Source of the DNA: the human T2T-CHM13v2.0 reference genome, Homo sapiens
DNA length: 64,000 nt
Direction: 5' to 3' (one strand)
Assembly: GCF_009914755.1 (NCBI RefSeq)
Contig: NC_060936.1
The position numbers and the translations under genes were made by a program. This document shows, piece after piece, positions 45,387-58,206 of the stretch. Below the pieces are notes generated by a model, which made no database searches, was not told the DNA's origin, and saw nothing but the letters and a program-made list of their open reading frames with translations. Position 1 is the first letter of the stretch, and every line of letters starts with the position of its first letter.

Positions 45387-46406
45387 TGTTATATTAACAT
45401 TTTGATTTCTGTGTAACAAATAACTGTTAAGCACGTGTTTAATTGAGAAGACAACCCAAACAGGCTAAGTGTGAGCAACAAGGCTTGTTTATTCACTTGG
45501 GTGTGAGCCGGCTGAGTCCGAAAAGAGAGTCAGCATTGAGGAATGAGGAAGAGGGGGTTTTATAGGCTGGGGTAGCAAGTGGAAAGTTACAGAAGGTTAC
45601 AGCTGGGGGTTGGTCGTTATAGATTTGGAGGGATGGTTAACCGGCTGGAACAGGAACTTGCTGTTTTTCTTCTTTGCGGTCATTCTTTTGTTGCTTTGGG
45701 CCTCTTTGTTCCAGGGAGCTATCTGGAGGTATATGTGCCAGTCACAGAGTTCACTTCTGGAGGTGTACATGTTGGTCACAGAGTTCATAATGGCCTGGCG
45801 ATAGTGCAGCCACACTTAGGGAGCCTAACAATTACCACAAACATCATGGCTAAAACAACACCTACTTATTATGATCTCAGATGTCTGTAGTCTGGGTGGG
45901 CTCATGCTGGGTTCTTTGCTCAGTGTCTCACAGGGCTGAAATCAAGGTGTTGGCTGAGCTAGGCTATAGTCTGGAGGCTCCGGGAAGAATCCACTTCCAA
46001 GCTTATTCAAGTTGTTAGCAGAGTTCAGTTCAGTTCCTTGTGGTTGAAGGACTGCAATTCCTGATTTTTGCTGGTTATTGACTCTTGGTCACTCCTGGCT
46101 TCTGGATACTGCTCTCTTGAGGTCATTCCCTATAACTCCCTCCATGCTACCAATAGAGAACCTCTTTCTCATCAAATCCCTCTCATATTTTATTTATCTC
46201 TCACTTCCCCTTCTGCCACTAGCTAAAGAAAGCTCTATAGCTTGTTAGGTTACACCCATCTGGACAATCTCCCTATTGCAAAGTCAACTGATTAGTAACC
46301 TTAATTACACCTGCAAATCCCTTTTGACATGCAGTATAGCATAATCATAGGAATGACATCATAGGGTTAACGGCATGGGGGCCTGCTTAGAAATCTGCCT
46401 ACCACA
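45387..46406 (-). mobile_element. MLT1E-like LTR interrupted by an ERV1 LTR
   Basis: ctgtgtaacaaa | attaccacaaac...ggctgaaatcaaggtgttggc...gaatccacttccaagc...aaatctgcctaccaca. Confidence 0.75.
45425..45830 (-). mobile_element. ERV1-class solo LTR (LTR7/LTR38-like R/U5)
   Basis: TG...CA ends; ggctgagtccgaaaagagagtcagc; antisense TATA (ttttatagg ~45560) and poly(A) signal (tttatt); near-TSD ataac / attac. Confidence 0.7.
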
Positions 46407-47190
46407 TTTGCATAGTTACAACTAACTCTAGAACACACCACCTTCTCTTGAGGCCTCTGAGAACAATGGTAACATGGTTCTCTCCTATGACCTCCTAACA
46501 GCTTTTGCCAAATTCTTTCTGCTAGCTTCTGGGTAGGATAAAACAGCCTGATTATGCATTATTTCTAATTTAACATGGTTTGTGAGGCAAAGCAGGTATT
46601 AGACTCTGTAGGGTGTGTTCCCAGCCTTAGCCCTCCCTACAGCCTATTTCTGTCCACACATAGGAAGGCAGGAGGCAGGCCTGAAATCCTGGGGCTATCA
46701 GAAAAGGTGGGGCGGCAGCGGGGAGTTCTCTGTTCCTCTGGTGGCACTCACAAAACAACGATCAGAATAATCTTCTCCCTTTGTAGATGACTCCAGAGGG
46801 GAGACAGGATTTAACCAAAGCTAACTAGCAGAACTAGTTGGAGCTCTTAGTTTGGTGTTCTTTCTGCTACTCACAGTCAATACTAGAGTCAGCTGGTTTC
46901 TCTGTTGATTCTTTGCCCTGGCTTCTAGGTGATCTCAGAAAAGCCTTCCACAGTGTCTTCAGTTTGTTTCCTGACCCTGGCCCAGCAGGTAGGATTGCTG
47001 GCTATGTTATCTAGGCCTAGGAAGCATAAGAAATTGCCTAGTTAAGGCATCATGCTGACAGAGTCTGACAGAGCACCCCAGAGAAGCTGCCTCCCACTAG
47101 CTATAGAAGACAACAGAGGTAAGAAGACAGGCAGGGCTTGAAAAGATGTTGGAGAGCAGCAAGTGGTATGGTTAAGTTCCCCAGTTTCTG

Positions 47191-47198
<8 letters not shown>

Positions 47199-47241
<43 letters not shown>
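47199..47241. repeat. (GT)n microsatellite, ~21 units
   Basis: Direct reading. Confidence 0.95.
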
Positions 47242-47244
<3 letters not shown>

Positions 47245-48854
47245 ATGGGTTTGGCTTTGCAATGTGGATCCCAAGGTCAGATCAAGGTCTGTATGTGAGA
47301 CTGGAGGTTCCAAGGCTTGTGGGAGGTTTCTGGGGGCAGGACCTGAAAAAGCAGGTAGATAAGAGAGAGGATATTTTATGCTTTATGGAATATTTGCATA
47401 TACGTTATCTGATTATTTTTTCAGAAGTGAGAATTAAAACAATAAAGGATAAAAGAAATAACGTGACACATAGAGCAGCCTGGTGGTCTTGAGGTTGATG
47501 CAGAACCAATTTTTTGAGTAAATCCCACCTCCCTGCATTTCCTCTGACCAACTAAGGGGCTGGTTAAGAATCTTTGCAATTACTTCTATTCCAGTGAGTC
47601 CTGGAAAATATATGCTGGCCTCTAGTGAGGGATGCCTACTACCAGTGATATCCCAGTTTTGCTGATGAGGAATTTGTTTCTAATAAGTCAGATCTCTCTG
47701 GAGATAGAGACATAAACCACAAGAAGGGGGCCACATGTAGAACTTTCCCCAGGGTCTCTTGAATTGTGTAAGGTCAGCATTGGCAACACCCTCACCCCAC
47801 TAAATAACTCTGCAAGGTCCATATCTCAAACTTTCTCTTCTCCAAAAAGAATATCTTGGAGGGAAAACGTGCTGGAGAGATGGAAATGGGCCAGGACTCT
47901 AGGGCAGATGCTGGAGGAGGTGGCTGCACTAGCAATCTCTCTGAATCAGATGCTCTGAATATTCCTTTGAGTTTGGGTTGCTGGGTAGAGTAGAGGTAAA
48001 AGCAGAATTTACAGGTACAGGTTTGGGAGAGGGTAAATCACCAGAGGATGTCCAGACCTAGGGAGGCTCTTTTTGCAGCAGAGAAAGTCTCCAGATTTTT
48101 GGCTGGAGGCCATCCCAGGCCCACTGTTTTCTCTGTGAAGTCCAATATCTGGCCATTGGGCTGGCCTTCTGGAGAGGCCTTCTGGCTTAATCCAGACCTA
48201 GGGCACTCCAGTCAGAGACAGTGGGAGGCCTCTGGTGTTGTCAGGGATCTTCACTGCCAGCTTCAGTCTTCTCTCCCAGCTCTTCTGTTCCCTTCGAATG
48301 GATGCAGTTTATAATGGGCCTATTAGAGCCCTAATTGAATGGTTAACACACCAGCCATTAGCAGCTGCTAATGAGGGAATCCAGGGGATTACGGTATCAA
48401 TTACCAAGTTTGACTTCTGAATGTGGCTCTGCCAACAGTGGGTTCTTATGAGAGTCTTTAGAAAGCGTGACAGAGAGGGGGAAGAGAGCCATGCACACAC
48501 AGTGTGACTGTGCCCTGCCTGTACCCAAGATAAGCTCTTACAGCTGTCCACACTCATGTGACTGCACAAAACAGGTTCTGGGGCAGTTTATCCACCCATG
48601 ATGGAGATAGCATTCATCCCAAACACCTGCACACCTCTCTCCCAGGTCTTTTTACCCTCCATACAACACATGTGCTTCTTTGCCCCACAGCCATTTTCTC
48701 CTTCTCTGCTCCACTACCTTCTATAATCCATGCTAGCTTGTCTTTGGCCTTCTTTCACACTTTCAATCGAGATCATTCTCAAGTTTCCCACTGCCCACAT
48801 CCTATCAGTCACTGAGCCCTTGGAATCCCATCTTTTTAAACATCTCTTAATTTC

Positions 48855-49015
48855 ATCTCTTCCTTTCCCTTTCCTTCCTTCCCTTCCCTTATTTTCTCTT
48901 CCCTTCCATTCCCTTTCCTTTCTCCATTTCTTCTTACTTTCCTTTCTTTCTTCTTCCTTGCCCTGCCTTTCTTTCCCTTCCCTCCCTCCCTTCCTCTCTT
49001 GTTTCCTTCCTTCTT
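48855..49015. repeat. CT-rich low-complexity tract
   Basis: ttcc/tttc/ccct runs. Confidence 0.85.
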
Positions 49016-49119
49016 TACTACGATTGCCTTGGTTCAAGCTCTTACCATCACCATGGCAATAGCTCCAGGAGAGTCAGAAACCTGGTCTCTCCGTCTCTAG
49101 TTCGTCTCCTTTCCCATGT

Positions 49120-49645
49120 CCAAATCACCCTCCATGTCTTTTTAAAAGGCAAATTTGATTGTCACTCCTTAAAGCCCTTCAGTGATCCCTATTGCTCACA
49201 GGATAAAGCATAAGTTCCTAAGCATGGCACGATAGGGCGCCCATGATCTCCATCCTCCCTCCATCTCCACCTCATATTCCACCATTCTCTGCTTTTCAGA
49301 CTGAGCTGAAGCTGTAGTGATCTGCCTGCCCCTCTTCCAAAGGTCTAAGCTGTTGGGCGCACCTCTCACTTAGCACATGCAGCTATGTCTGCCCGCTGTG
49401 CCCCTGCTCTCTTCATCTGTGAAACTCCTACTTATCTTTTAAACCTCATGTATGAAGTCTTCCTAACTCATTCCTCTTACTCATGTGCCTTATATGTATT
49501 TCTCTCACTGTACCTATTTATACTAGACTTATATGATTCATTTGTCTCTCTTGCTGTTCTGTGAAGTAATATACTATATCAATGTTTATTTTTGAAAGCC
49601 CATTGTCTAGTGCAGTGCCTGGTACATCATACACATTCAATAAGC
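49120..49645 (+). mobile_element. L2 3' fragment
   Basis: ttaaagcccttcagtgatccctattgctcacaggataaag; aaactcctacttatcttt; agtgcctggtacatcatacacattcaataa. Confidence 0.6.
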
Positions 49646-50877
49646 TACTACTACTCTAGTGTGTGTTTAATTGGTGGATTAGAAAATTGGTGATGGTTTT
49701 CACAACTCATTTCATGGATCTATATTGACATGTATTTTATTATTCTATGAGGGACTGTTAGTTGTTCACAGTCTAATTCTTTTGGACTCAAAGAGAACTG
49801 TAAAGCAATACAGTTCTCTTTGGGTCCAGAGAACTCCCAACCCTCTGCCCCAGTAGCTCAGTGCACAGGCTTGGGGTCTGTGAATACTCTTTGAATTGAA
49901 TTTAAGTTCACAAGTGTTTATTGAGCTCCCTGTTCTGCTTAGACCCTAGAAGGAGGTACTTGGGAAAAATATCAGAGATTTAAGAGTTGTACTTATCTTT
50001 AAGGTCCTTCCAATTATTTTACCACCTAACTGTGCATAATCATGGACAAATACACGAGTTCTGTGCTCCTCAATGGTATCAGGATATCAATTGTGAAAGG
50101 GTGCTTTGCAACCCTAAGGGGATTCAGTGTAATAATGATAACAGCTATGGTCCATTTACCGCCTACCATGGCCATAACTGTGCTGAATGCTTTGGTCTGT
50201 GATTTACCTGTACACCTGTGATTTGACTGTCACAACTACCTCGGGTGGTGTGTAGTCTTATGCCCAGGTTACATATGAGAAAACTAAATCCTACGGAAAC
50301 TGTTAAGAGGCAGAGCCAGGACTTACACCAAAGTCGACCTGCTGCTAAAGCTCTAGGCTGTCATCCCATGGTGATCTACTGCTCTATCACTCCGTGTGGT
50401 AAATATCAATCAATCACTCCATCTGGGAGGGAAGCTCTGTCCACTCCTGTCCTTCCTCTCCATCTGTTAACACTTTGCAATCCTGCTGATGGTCCACACA
50501 TCAAAGCCTGTCAACTTGGACAAAATGAGATTAAAAAGCAGATATTAAACAATTGCCTAAAGTCAGAAGCTTTGTTTCAGCCTACAACTCATTTAGGTTA
50601 GGGACTTTCTGTATTGAATTACAGAGTCTCAAAATGAAGAGATTCAAGCTTCATGAGGGAAGAGACTGTTGTTCCCTGCTGTCTTCCCCACATCTAGCAA
50701 ATTCCTGGCACATAAAGAATACCATGAATGGTAGAAACAGAAATGTTACTCTCTTGAAACATACCTATACCAGGGATAACTTCTCCTCTATAAACCCAAT
50801 GAGAAAATCCATAGCAGAGTCTATGTGACCTTCAGAGTCAGAGGCCAGGAGCTGCCTGCTTCCCCAAGCAGCCTCTA

Positions 50878-51459
50878 TATAAATCAGAAAAGTATCTAAG
50901 ACAGGTCTCAATTTTGAGGTTTATTTTGTGAAGGTTGAGGACATGCTCAGGCAAAAGAGACACAAGCCACAGTAGGATCTGTGGCCCACACTTTTTTCAG
51001 AGCAGGTTTTGAGGGCTTCTGTTTTAAAGTGGAAAAAGTGAGCAAGAGGGAAAAGAGGAAAGAGGAAAAAAAAGAGCAGGGTACACAAATAGGACGGCGG
51101 CTACATTCTTTTGAGGCTTTGATTAGTGCTCACTGAGTCCACATGTTGCATGTGAAAGGAGGGTAGAGGAACCATCCATTATGTATTCATCTTGCTCTCA
51201 GTAAACCTGTCCCTTACATAAGATAAACGTAGAGTAGAGGGAGAAGTCAAATATGTATTGCCTTGGGGTGGGTGGAGGAATGATTTCTGCTTTCCTTTTG
51301 TCCCATACCCAGAAGATAAGTTGTTAATTTACGTGGTGGGGAGATACCTGTTTAGGAACACATACAAAGGCAGTTTTTTTGCATGACTCAGTTTCCAAGC
51401 TTAACTTTTCCTTTAGGCTTAGTGAGTTTGGGGTGAGGAGAGTGTATATTCCTTTTACA
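50878..51459 (-). mobile_element. MER4-family ERV1 solo LTR
   Basis: aaaagtatctaagacaggtctcaattttgaggtttattttgtgaaggttgaggac; gcatgactcagtttccaagcttaacttttcc; ends ttccttttaca. Confidence 0.8.
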
Positions 51460-51498
51460 CTCTGTATCCCTAGCTCACTAAAAAGTGAAATTTTGAAA

Positions 51499-52359
51499 CA
51501 GGGCTGGGACTAGTGAAACTGCCTTTGCAAAGATTGTGATGGTGAGAGAAATCTGACATGGCTGACTCCATCTTGCTTCTAGCCTCACAGGCTGGCTGTG
51601 TTCACTCCTTCTCGCGTGTAGACCAAGCCAACCATGGGATAAATTTAGTTTATAATTTAACTTAAAGGCAAGGATGATAAAAATCCTTCCCCAAAACTAA
51701 CTCTCCTTGCTCAGGGACTGAAAACTAATGAATGGCCATGAGATTAGGGCCTGAATTCTGCTAAAATGTAGGCATAGTTTCAGTAATCACTTACTGCTCA
51801 GGAGCTATGTGGCCAGAGGTCACAGGATTGTGACTTCCCCAATTGCTTCTATAGATAACGTCACTATTGTAGAACCTAAGATTAGTCTTTTGAGATATGT
51901 TTCAGACCTTTGCATTCTGGCAACTGTCTGGCCTCACCTGGACCCATGACTCATGACTCATCTCGTCCTGGGGCTCCACCCAGAAGCAAACTCAGTGCAT
52001 GAGAACCATTTTCCACACCCCTATGACTTCATCCCCAATCAATTAGCAGCACCCATTCCCCAGACCCCTGCCCACCAGATTATCCATAAAAATGCTAGCC
52101 TCTGAGTTATCAGGGAGGCTGATTTGAGTGATAACTCCAGTCCTTCCACTTGGCGGCCATGTATTAATGAAACTCTTTCTCTATTGCAATAGCACAGTCA
52201 CAGTGAATTGGTTTTGTCTGTGCAGTGGGCAGGACAAACCTGTTGGGCATTTACACTATGGTAAGGGAAGAGAGGCTCCTAGGGTACAAAATTCAAGGAG
52301 CCACTCACTCTCAGGGTCCTGCACCCCGCTTCCCTGGCCTTATCCTAGTCCTGCCTCTG
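51499..52359. mobile_element. MER96-like hAT element split by the LTR8 insertion
   Basis: TIR cagggctgggactag at left; ctagggtacaaaattcaaggagccactcactctcaggg...cctagtcctgcctctg at right. Confidence 0.55.
51514..52255 (+). mobile_element. LTR8/LTR8A-like ERV1 solo LTR
   Basis: tgaaactgcctttgcaaagatt...gactccatcttgcttctagcctcacaggctggctg; ends ctgtgcagtgggcaggacaaacctgttgggcatttaca. Confidence 0.85.
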
Positions 52360-52559
52360 CTTCAAAAGAAACTTATGCTGTCAGCTTTAGAAAAATGAGG
52401 GTCTAATTGCTATGAAAATATAAATGAGTCCCTAAAACTTATTATATTAAATCATTTATTTGTATCTCTCTATGGATGAGTTTATTTGATTTTTTCCTGA
52501 AATTGAAGAAATGGTGTTTATATAATGACAGTTAAATCATGCTCTGTTGGTCTAAATGT

Positions 52560-52900
52560 GTTTTTTTAAGTGCAATTTTTACTGACATAATTATAAGTTA
52601 CATACAGTTTTATAAAATGGTACAGAAAGACTCCTTTATTTTTTACTCAGTTTCCTCCAATGGTAACATTTTGCAAAACTGTAGGATAATATAAAAACCA
52701 GAATATTGACATTGAGAAAATCCATAGTTTTTTTTTCTGATTTTCCTAGTTTTATTTGTATTCACTTGTGGGTGCAAGTGGTCTATAATTAGTGGTCTAT
52801 ACTTTTATCACATATGTAGATCGTGTATCTACCACCACATTCATACACTGAGCAGCTCCATCAGGATCCCCGTGTTTCCTTTTGGAACCATGCCCTCCAG
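52560..52900 (-). mobile_element. L1MC-type 3' fragment
   Basis: cagtttcctccaatggtaacattttgcaaaactgtagg...ccagaatattgacattga. Confidence 0.65.
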
Positions 52901-53520
52901 TCTACCCACCCTCTCCTTTACATTCCCATGGCTTTACATGGTCTTTCCCAATATCACATGGATGGCTACACATATTCCATTGTATGTTGGATGCATCTTT
53001 TTAAAAACTATTCTGGAGATTCGCTTTACTAAATTTTTTTCATACATTGACGATCATTTCCCTAGGAATTCCTAGAACTCATCCTTCATTTTAAAAATTC
53101 TTAATTTGATTACCCAGAGCATCCTTCATTTACCAACTCTCCTCCAAAGGAAAGAGAGGGCTGCTTCCAAACAGTGGACCCGAGAGCAGAGAATGGAGCC
53201 TGGTTAGGACTAGCATAATCAAAAGTACATATTGCCATCTCCAGAGGCAATTTCAAAAGAGAATTGCGGTGACAACTGGAGCAATAAGAGTGTTATTGAA
53301 ATAAGCGCACCCTTTTCCCACGTCACTAGCTTGAAAATAGCAATTATCTGAAAGTGTGAGTTCTGGTTTTGTTTATAAGAGACATCAGGCACATTGTCTA
53401 GTAGCCTCTTCTTACTTGATGAGAAGAAAGGTAAAGTGAGAAGGTCAAGGCAGTGGAGATGAGGCCCTTATATTAGTAAAAAAATGATTAAGGGAGAGTA
53501 GGCTTGTCTAAGAAGCTTGA

Positions 53521-53853
<333 letters not shown>

Positions 53854-55165
53854 TGAAGGACACTATCAGGCAGGAAGAGGTCTGTTGTAGGAAATAGCCC
53901 AGCTGAGGAGGAGACAGGCAGTTTGCAAAGGAAATCAGGTGGGGTGTGGGGCCACCTGGATCAGGGCACAGCAGGGGATTAGAAGCATCTAGAGGATATT
54001 GTCAAGAGAGTTCAGAATGAGAGGAAGAAAACTTGATCCATCCATTGGCAAGGAGAAGACAAGAGGAGCTGGGTCTTGGTCCCTTCTGAGGCTTGGGTTG
54101 GTAAGGACTTGCAGGTATTGCATGGACCTCCTGCCAGAGAATGGGTCTACCAGAAAGAAGTTCAAGTACTTGGTGGAAAGCTCTGGCCCCTCCAGGAGAG
54201 TGAGTTGAGTCTTTGGACACAGAGACTTCCTTTCTTTGCATGCATTGGCAGGGTCGTCCTATGACCTGAACCACTGGGTTCTTGTCCTGGGCCCTGTGAT
54301 TTCCAAGGCCCTACTCTAGCCCTCCTCTAGTTTTGTCTTTCCTCATGGACTTCAGCCCATCTTTCACTGGGCTGAAGGATGTTCCCACCTGGAGCCAACA
54401 CCTACCACCCTTTTCTAGACCACCGTGCTCTGTCATGTTGTATACCCAAGACCCAGAATTTGTGGCTCAAATGGTCTCATACCCATTCCAGAGCTTTTGC
54501 TGACCTCTTTCAGGGGTGTGTCCTCTCAATGGTAGACCGTGCTACTGGAGTGTGCATCTGGGCTGGAGACATGGCTGTTTGAGGGCCGGGGTGTCACTTA
54601 AAATGGTAAGATAATGACTCCCTGGCTTTAAAACCACAGCCACATGTCTGTGGCCCTGCATGGCATAGGGTGGACCATGGGGGCAGGAAGAGAAGTGTGG
54701 GCCACGGGCCTACAACCTTCCTTGTTCCTTCTCCCCAGGCCCTGCAATTCTCAGGGATAGGCCAATGGTTTGGTCCTTGGAGCAGCTGTAATTGTGCTGC
54801 CTACTCCAGTAGCCAGGAAATGCATCTGATCTCTCTCCATTTTCTGTTTGAAATGGAAATTGCTTCATTTGTCAGTTTGTCAGACTCCCAAGTAATTACC
54901 CTTACAGAATTCCAGAGGCGTCCATCAGCCACAGTCGTCACAGCCCCTCCCAATATGTAGAGAGAGGCACTCAGCCCTTTCTACCCCTATTTTTTGGCAA
55001 ATGAAACAAAGGGTGAGCAGCCTTAAAAGGAGAAAGAGGTTTCAAAGGACTGTGTTCCTCAGCTTACTTAATTATTGTAATCACTGGGGCACTTGTGAAA
55101 AATACTAATTTCTAGGCCCTATGCCTGGAGAGCCTGATTCTTTTGGTTGGGTGGAGATGCAGGAA

Positions 55166-55340
55166 CAGTGCTTCTCAGCCTTGGCTGAACACTGAAGTCA
55201 CCTGGGGAGCTTTAAAATTACTAATACCTGGGTCTCAGCCCCAGAGAGTCTGGTTTAATTGGCCTGGGTGTGGCTTAGGAATCAGAGTTTTAAAAGCTCC
55301 CTGGGTGATTCTACTGTACCACCAAGGTAGAGAAACCCTG
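55166..55340. mobile_element. MER5A-like hAT MITE
   Basis: cagtgcttctca...gtcacctggggagctttaaaa...ttttaaaagctccctgggtgattct...gagaaaccctg (palindromic). Confidence 0.8.
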
Positions 55341-55465
55341 CCTATGGACCTCTGCTTTTAACACAAGCCCCCAAGGTTTCTTCTGACCACAAAGGGTCAG
55401 GAAATACACCAGTTGGTCCCACAAACGGAAGTGCAGAAAAGAGTAACAGGGACAGATTTTCCTAC

Positions 55466-55820
55466 CTGCAGGAGAACTCATTTAGATTTTTTTCTGTTTT
55501 TTCGTTTTTTGCAGAAGCAACTGGCGAGTTCCTTTGTCCTCTGCCTCTTTCTCCCTAAGCTGTTTCTCTAAAGCAGTAAGATAATTGCTCCATTGCTTTA
55601 AAACTCTAGGAATGACTCTCCCTACTCTCCCCCACCCATCCGATAATAGCCCTCACTTTCTTGTGCACAAACATTGACTCATTTTTCTACGAGGGGGGTA
55701 GAACAGGTATTATTGTCCCCATCTGAGCCCGAACCTAGTAAGGTTCAAGAGTTGTTTGTTTCTGGGGTAACAGTTCCTTTTATCTTTTCCTCATTATTTC
55801 ATGAGCTTTGCCCCACCTCA
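55466..55820 (-). promoter_or_regulatory. Candidate promoter and first exon of the minus-strand lncRNA
   Basis: Donor CAG|GTAGGA after 55466; TTTAAA near 55600; CCCCACCC 55630; FOX-like TTGTTTGTT ~55752; GATA TTATCT 55780; HNF4-like TGAGCTTTG 55802; non-repetitive sequence. Confidence 0.4.
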
Positions 55821-56429
55821 CTCCCGTCTTAGGGGTTCACGTTCCTAACATGTGACCTGAATAAGCAAGGATATTGCTGGGGACATTAACTCAAGCCCTC
55901 AGAAGAGGGAGCCAAGGTGAGCATTGGTTCAAGACAGAGAAGATGGCAGAACTCTCCCACAGGGGATGGAAAATGCTACCCTGCAGGCTTCTGGGATTCC
56001 ACTTTGCCTTTCACCCATTGCACCAAGCATACCAAAGTCCAGGGGTAAGCCCTGGGACCCCTGAGGACAACTGATGGGCACAACCTTACCTTTCCCCATA
56101 GCATGTGCCTCACTGAAGCTTGTTGGGGTTTAGGGGGCTCATTTAAGCAGCTGAAGGCTAACATACAACTTGGAGTTAGTGTTGACTCCCAAGGAAAGAT
56201 CAGACGTATGCTGGAAAAGGCAGTGGGCTTCAAAGTAAAGAGGATAAGAAACAATCAACAGTCTGCTCGAAATGTGTCTGTCAGTCTCCAATTAACCATA
56301 GCACAGGCAGCAGCTTCGAGTGATGGGAGCATGCACCAGTCCTTTCAGTAACCTCTGTCACTAGACAGGACTCTGATTTTCAAAGTGTCCAAAAAGGCAG
56401 ATTCTACAAACTACAGACTGTGAGCTCAA

Positions 56430-57330
56430 TGTTAAAACACAGTCAAAATTCCACCAGGTTATTGAAGGCTTTGTTTAGAAGCATCTAGAAAAAGACACTA
56501 GGGTCACTTGGATCCAGCATGAATCTGCTGAGGGCAAATTGGAACAGGCTAACCACAGTTCTTTCTCTGACAAGGTCACATTAGACCGGTAAATCAAGAA
56601 CAGTTATATCACATGGAACATGTGGACATCACCTGCTGAATGACATGGACTCGATATCTAGTTGTGGATAAGAGAAACACATGGATTGGATGCAGAGATG
56701 TATAGGCATATTGGTAACAAGGTGAACATTTGGGCGTCAGAGGTATTGCTTAATGAACGTGGAGAAAAATGATCTGTAGTTGTCTGGCTTAGAATCTCTC
56801 CTTTTCTTCTGCTTTATTCAAATGTTTTATCTATGACTTGAATGGAAATATAGATTTTCAGAAGATAGGAACTGAGTAAAACTGTCTTTCTCTATACACA
56901 CACAGATAGATTTTTGAAAGGCTGGATTCAAGAGTGGAATTGCACAAGATAATATTCAACAAAATGTGCCTCTTTGCATGCTATAAGAAAGAGAATGTGG
57001 CTTAGCAGTAGCTCATGTGAAAAGGCTTAGTAGTCTGCATCAACAAAATATACAATTGTGTTGTGAGGTCTCCTGTAATGCTACTTGGATCATGGGTTAT
57101 AATAATAGAAGTAAAGTCTGCAACTGAGGAGGTGATCTTCCATTCTACAGTGTACTTCTATCATTAGGAATTTTGACTTCCTAGTTTTGGACATCACATT
57201 AAGACTCTGGAACAGGCTGGAATGGAGGTGAGAAGCTGTTTAATAAAAATAACCTAAAACATTCTCAAAGAGGAAGATGGAAGAAATGGAGATGAGTAAT
57301 TTCAGGAGTCACAAGAGAGACAGCTTTAAT
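56430..57330 (+). mobile_element. L3/CR1 LINE ORF2 (RT) relic
   Basis: ccagcatgaatctgctgagggcaaattggaacaggctaaccacagttctttctctgacaaggtcac resembles the CR1 RT motif QHGF...CQTNLISFFDKVT; ggcttagcagtagctcatgtgaaaagg. Confidence 0.6.
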
Positions 57331-57402
57331 GTCTACAGTCTGTCTTAGACTGCCACAGCATCCTCACAGATGGAATGAGAATATATGTGAGAAAGCTCTA
57401 GC

Positions 57403-58206
<804 letters not shown>

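Noticed and set aside
48714-49062. Lys/Arg/Glu-rich and Leu/Ser/Phe-rich ORFs
   Set aside because: Translations of a CT-rich low-complexity tract.
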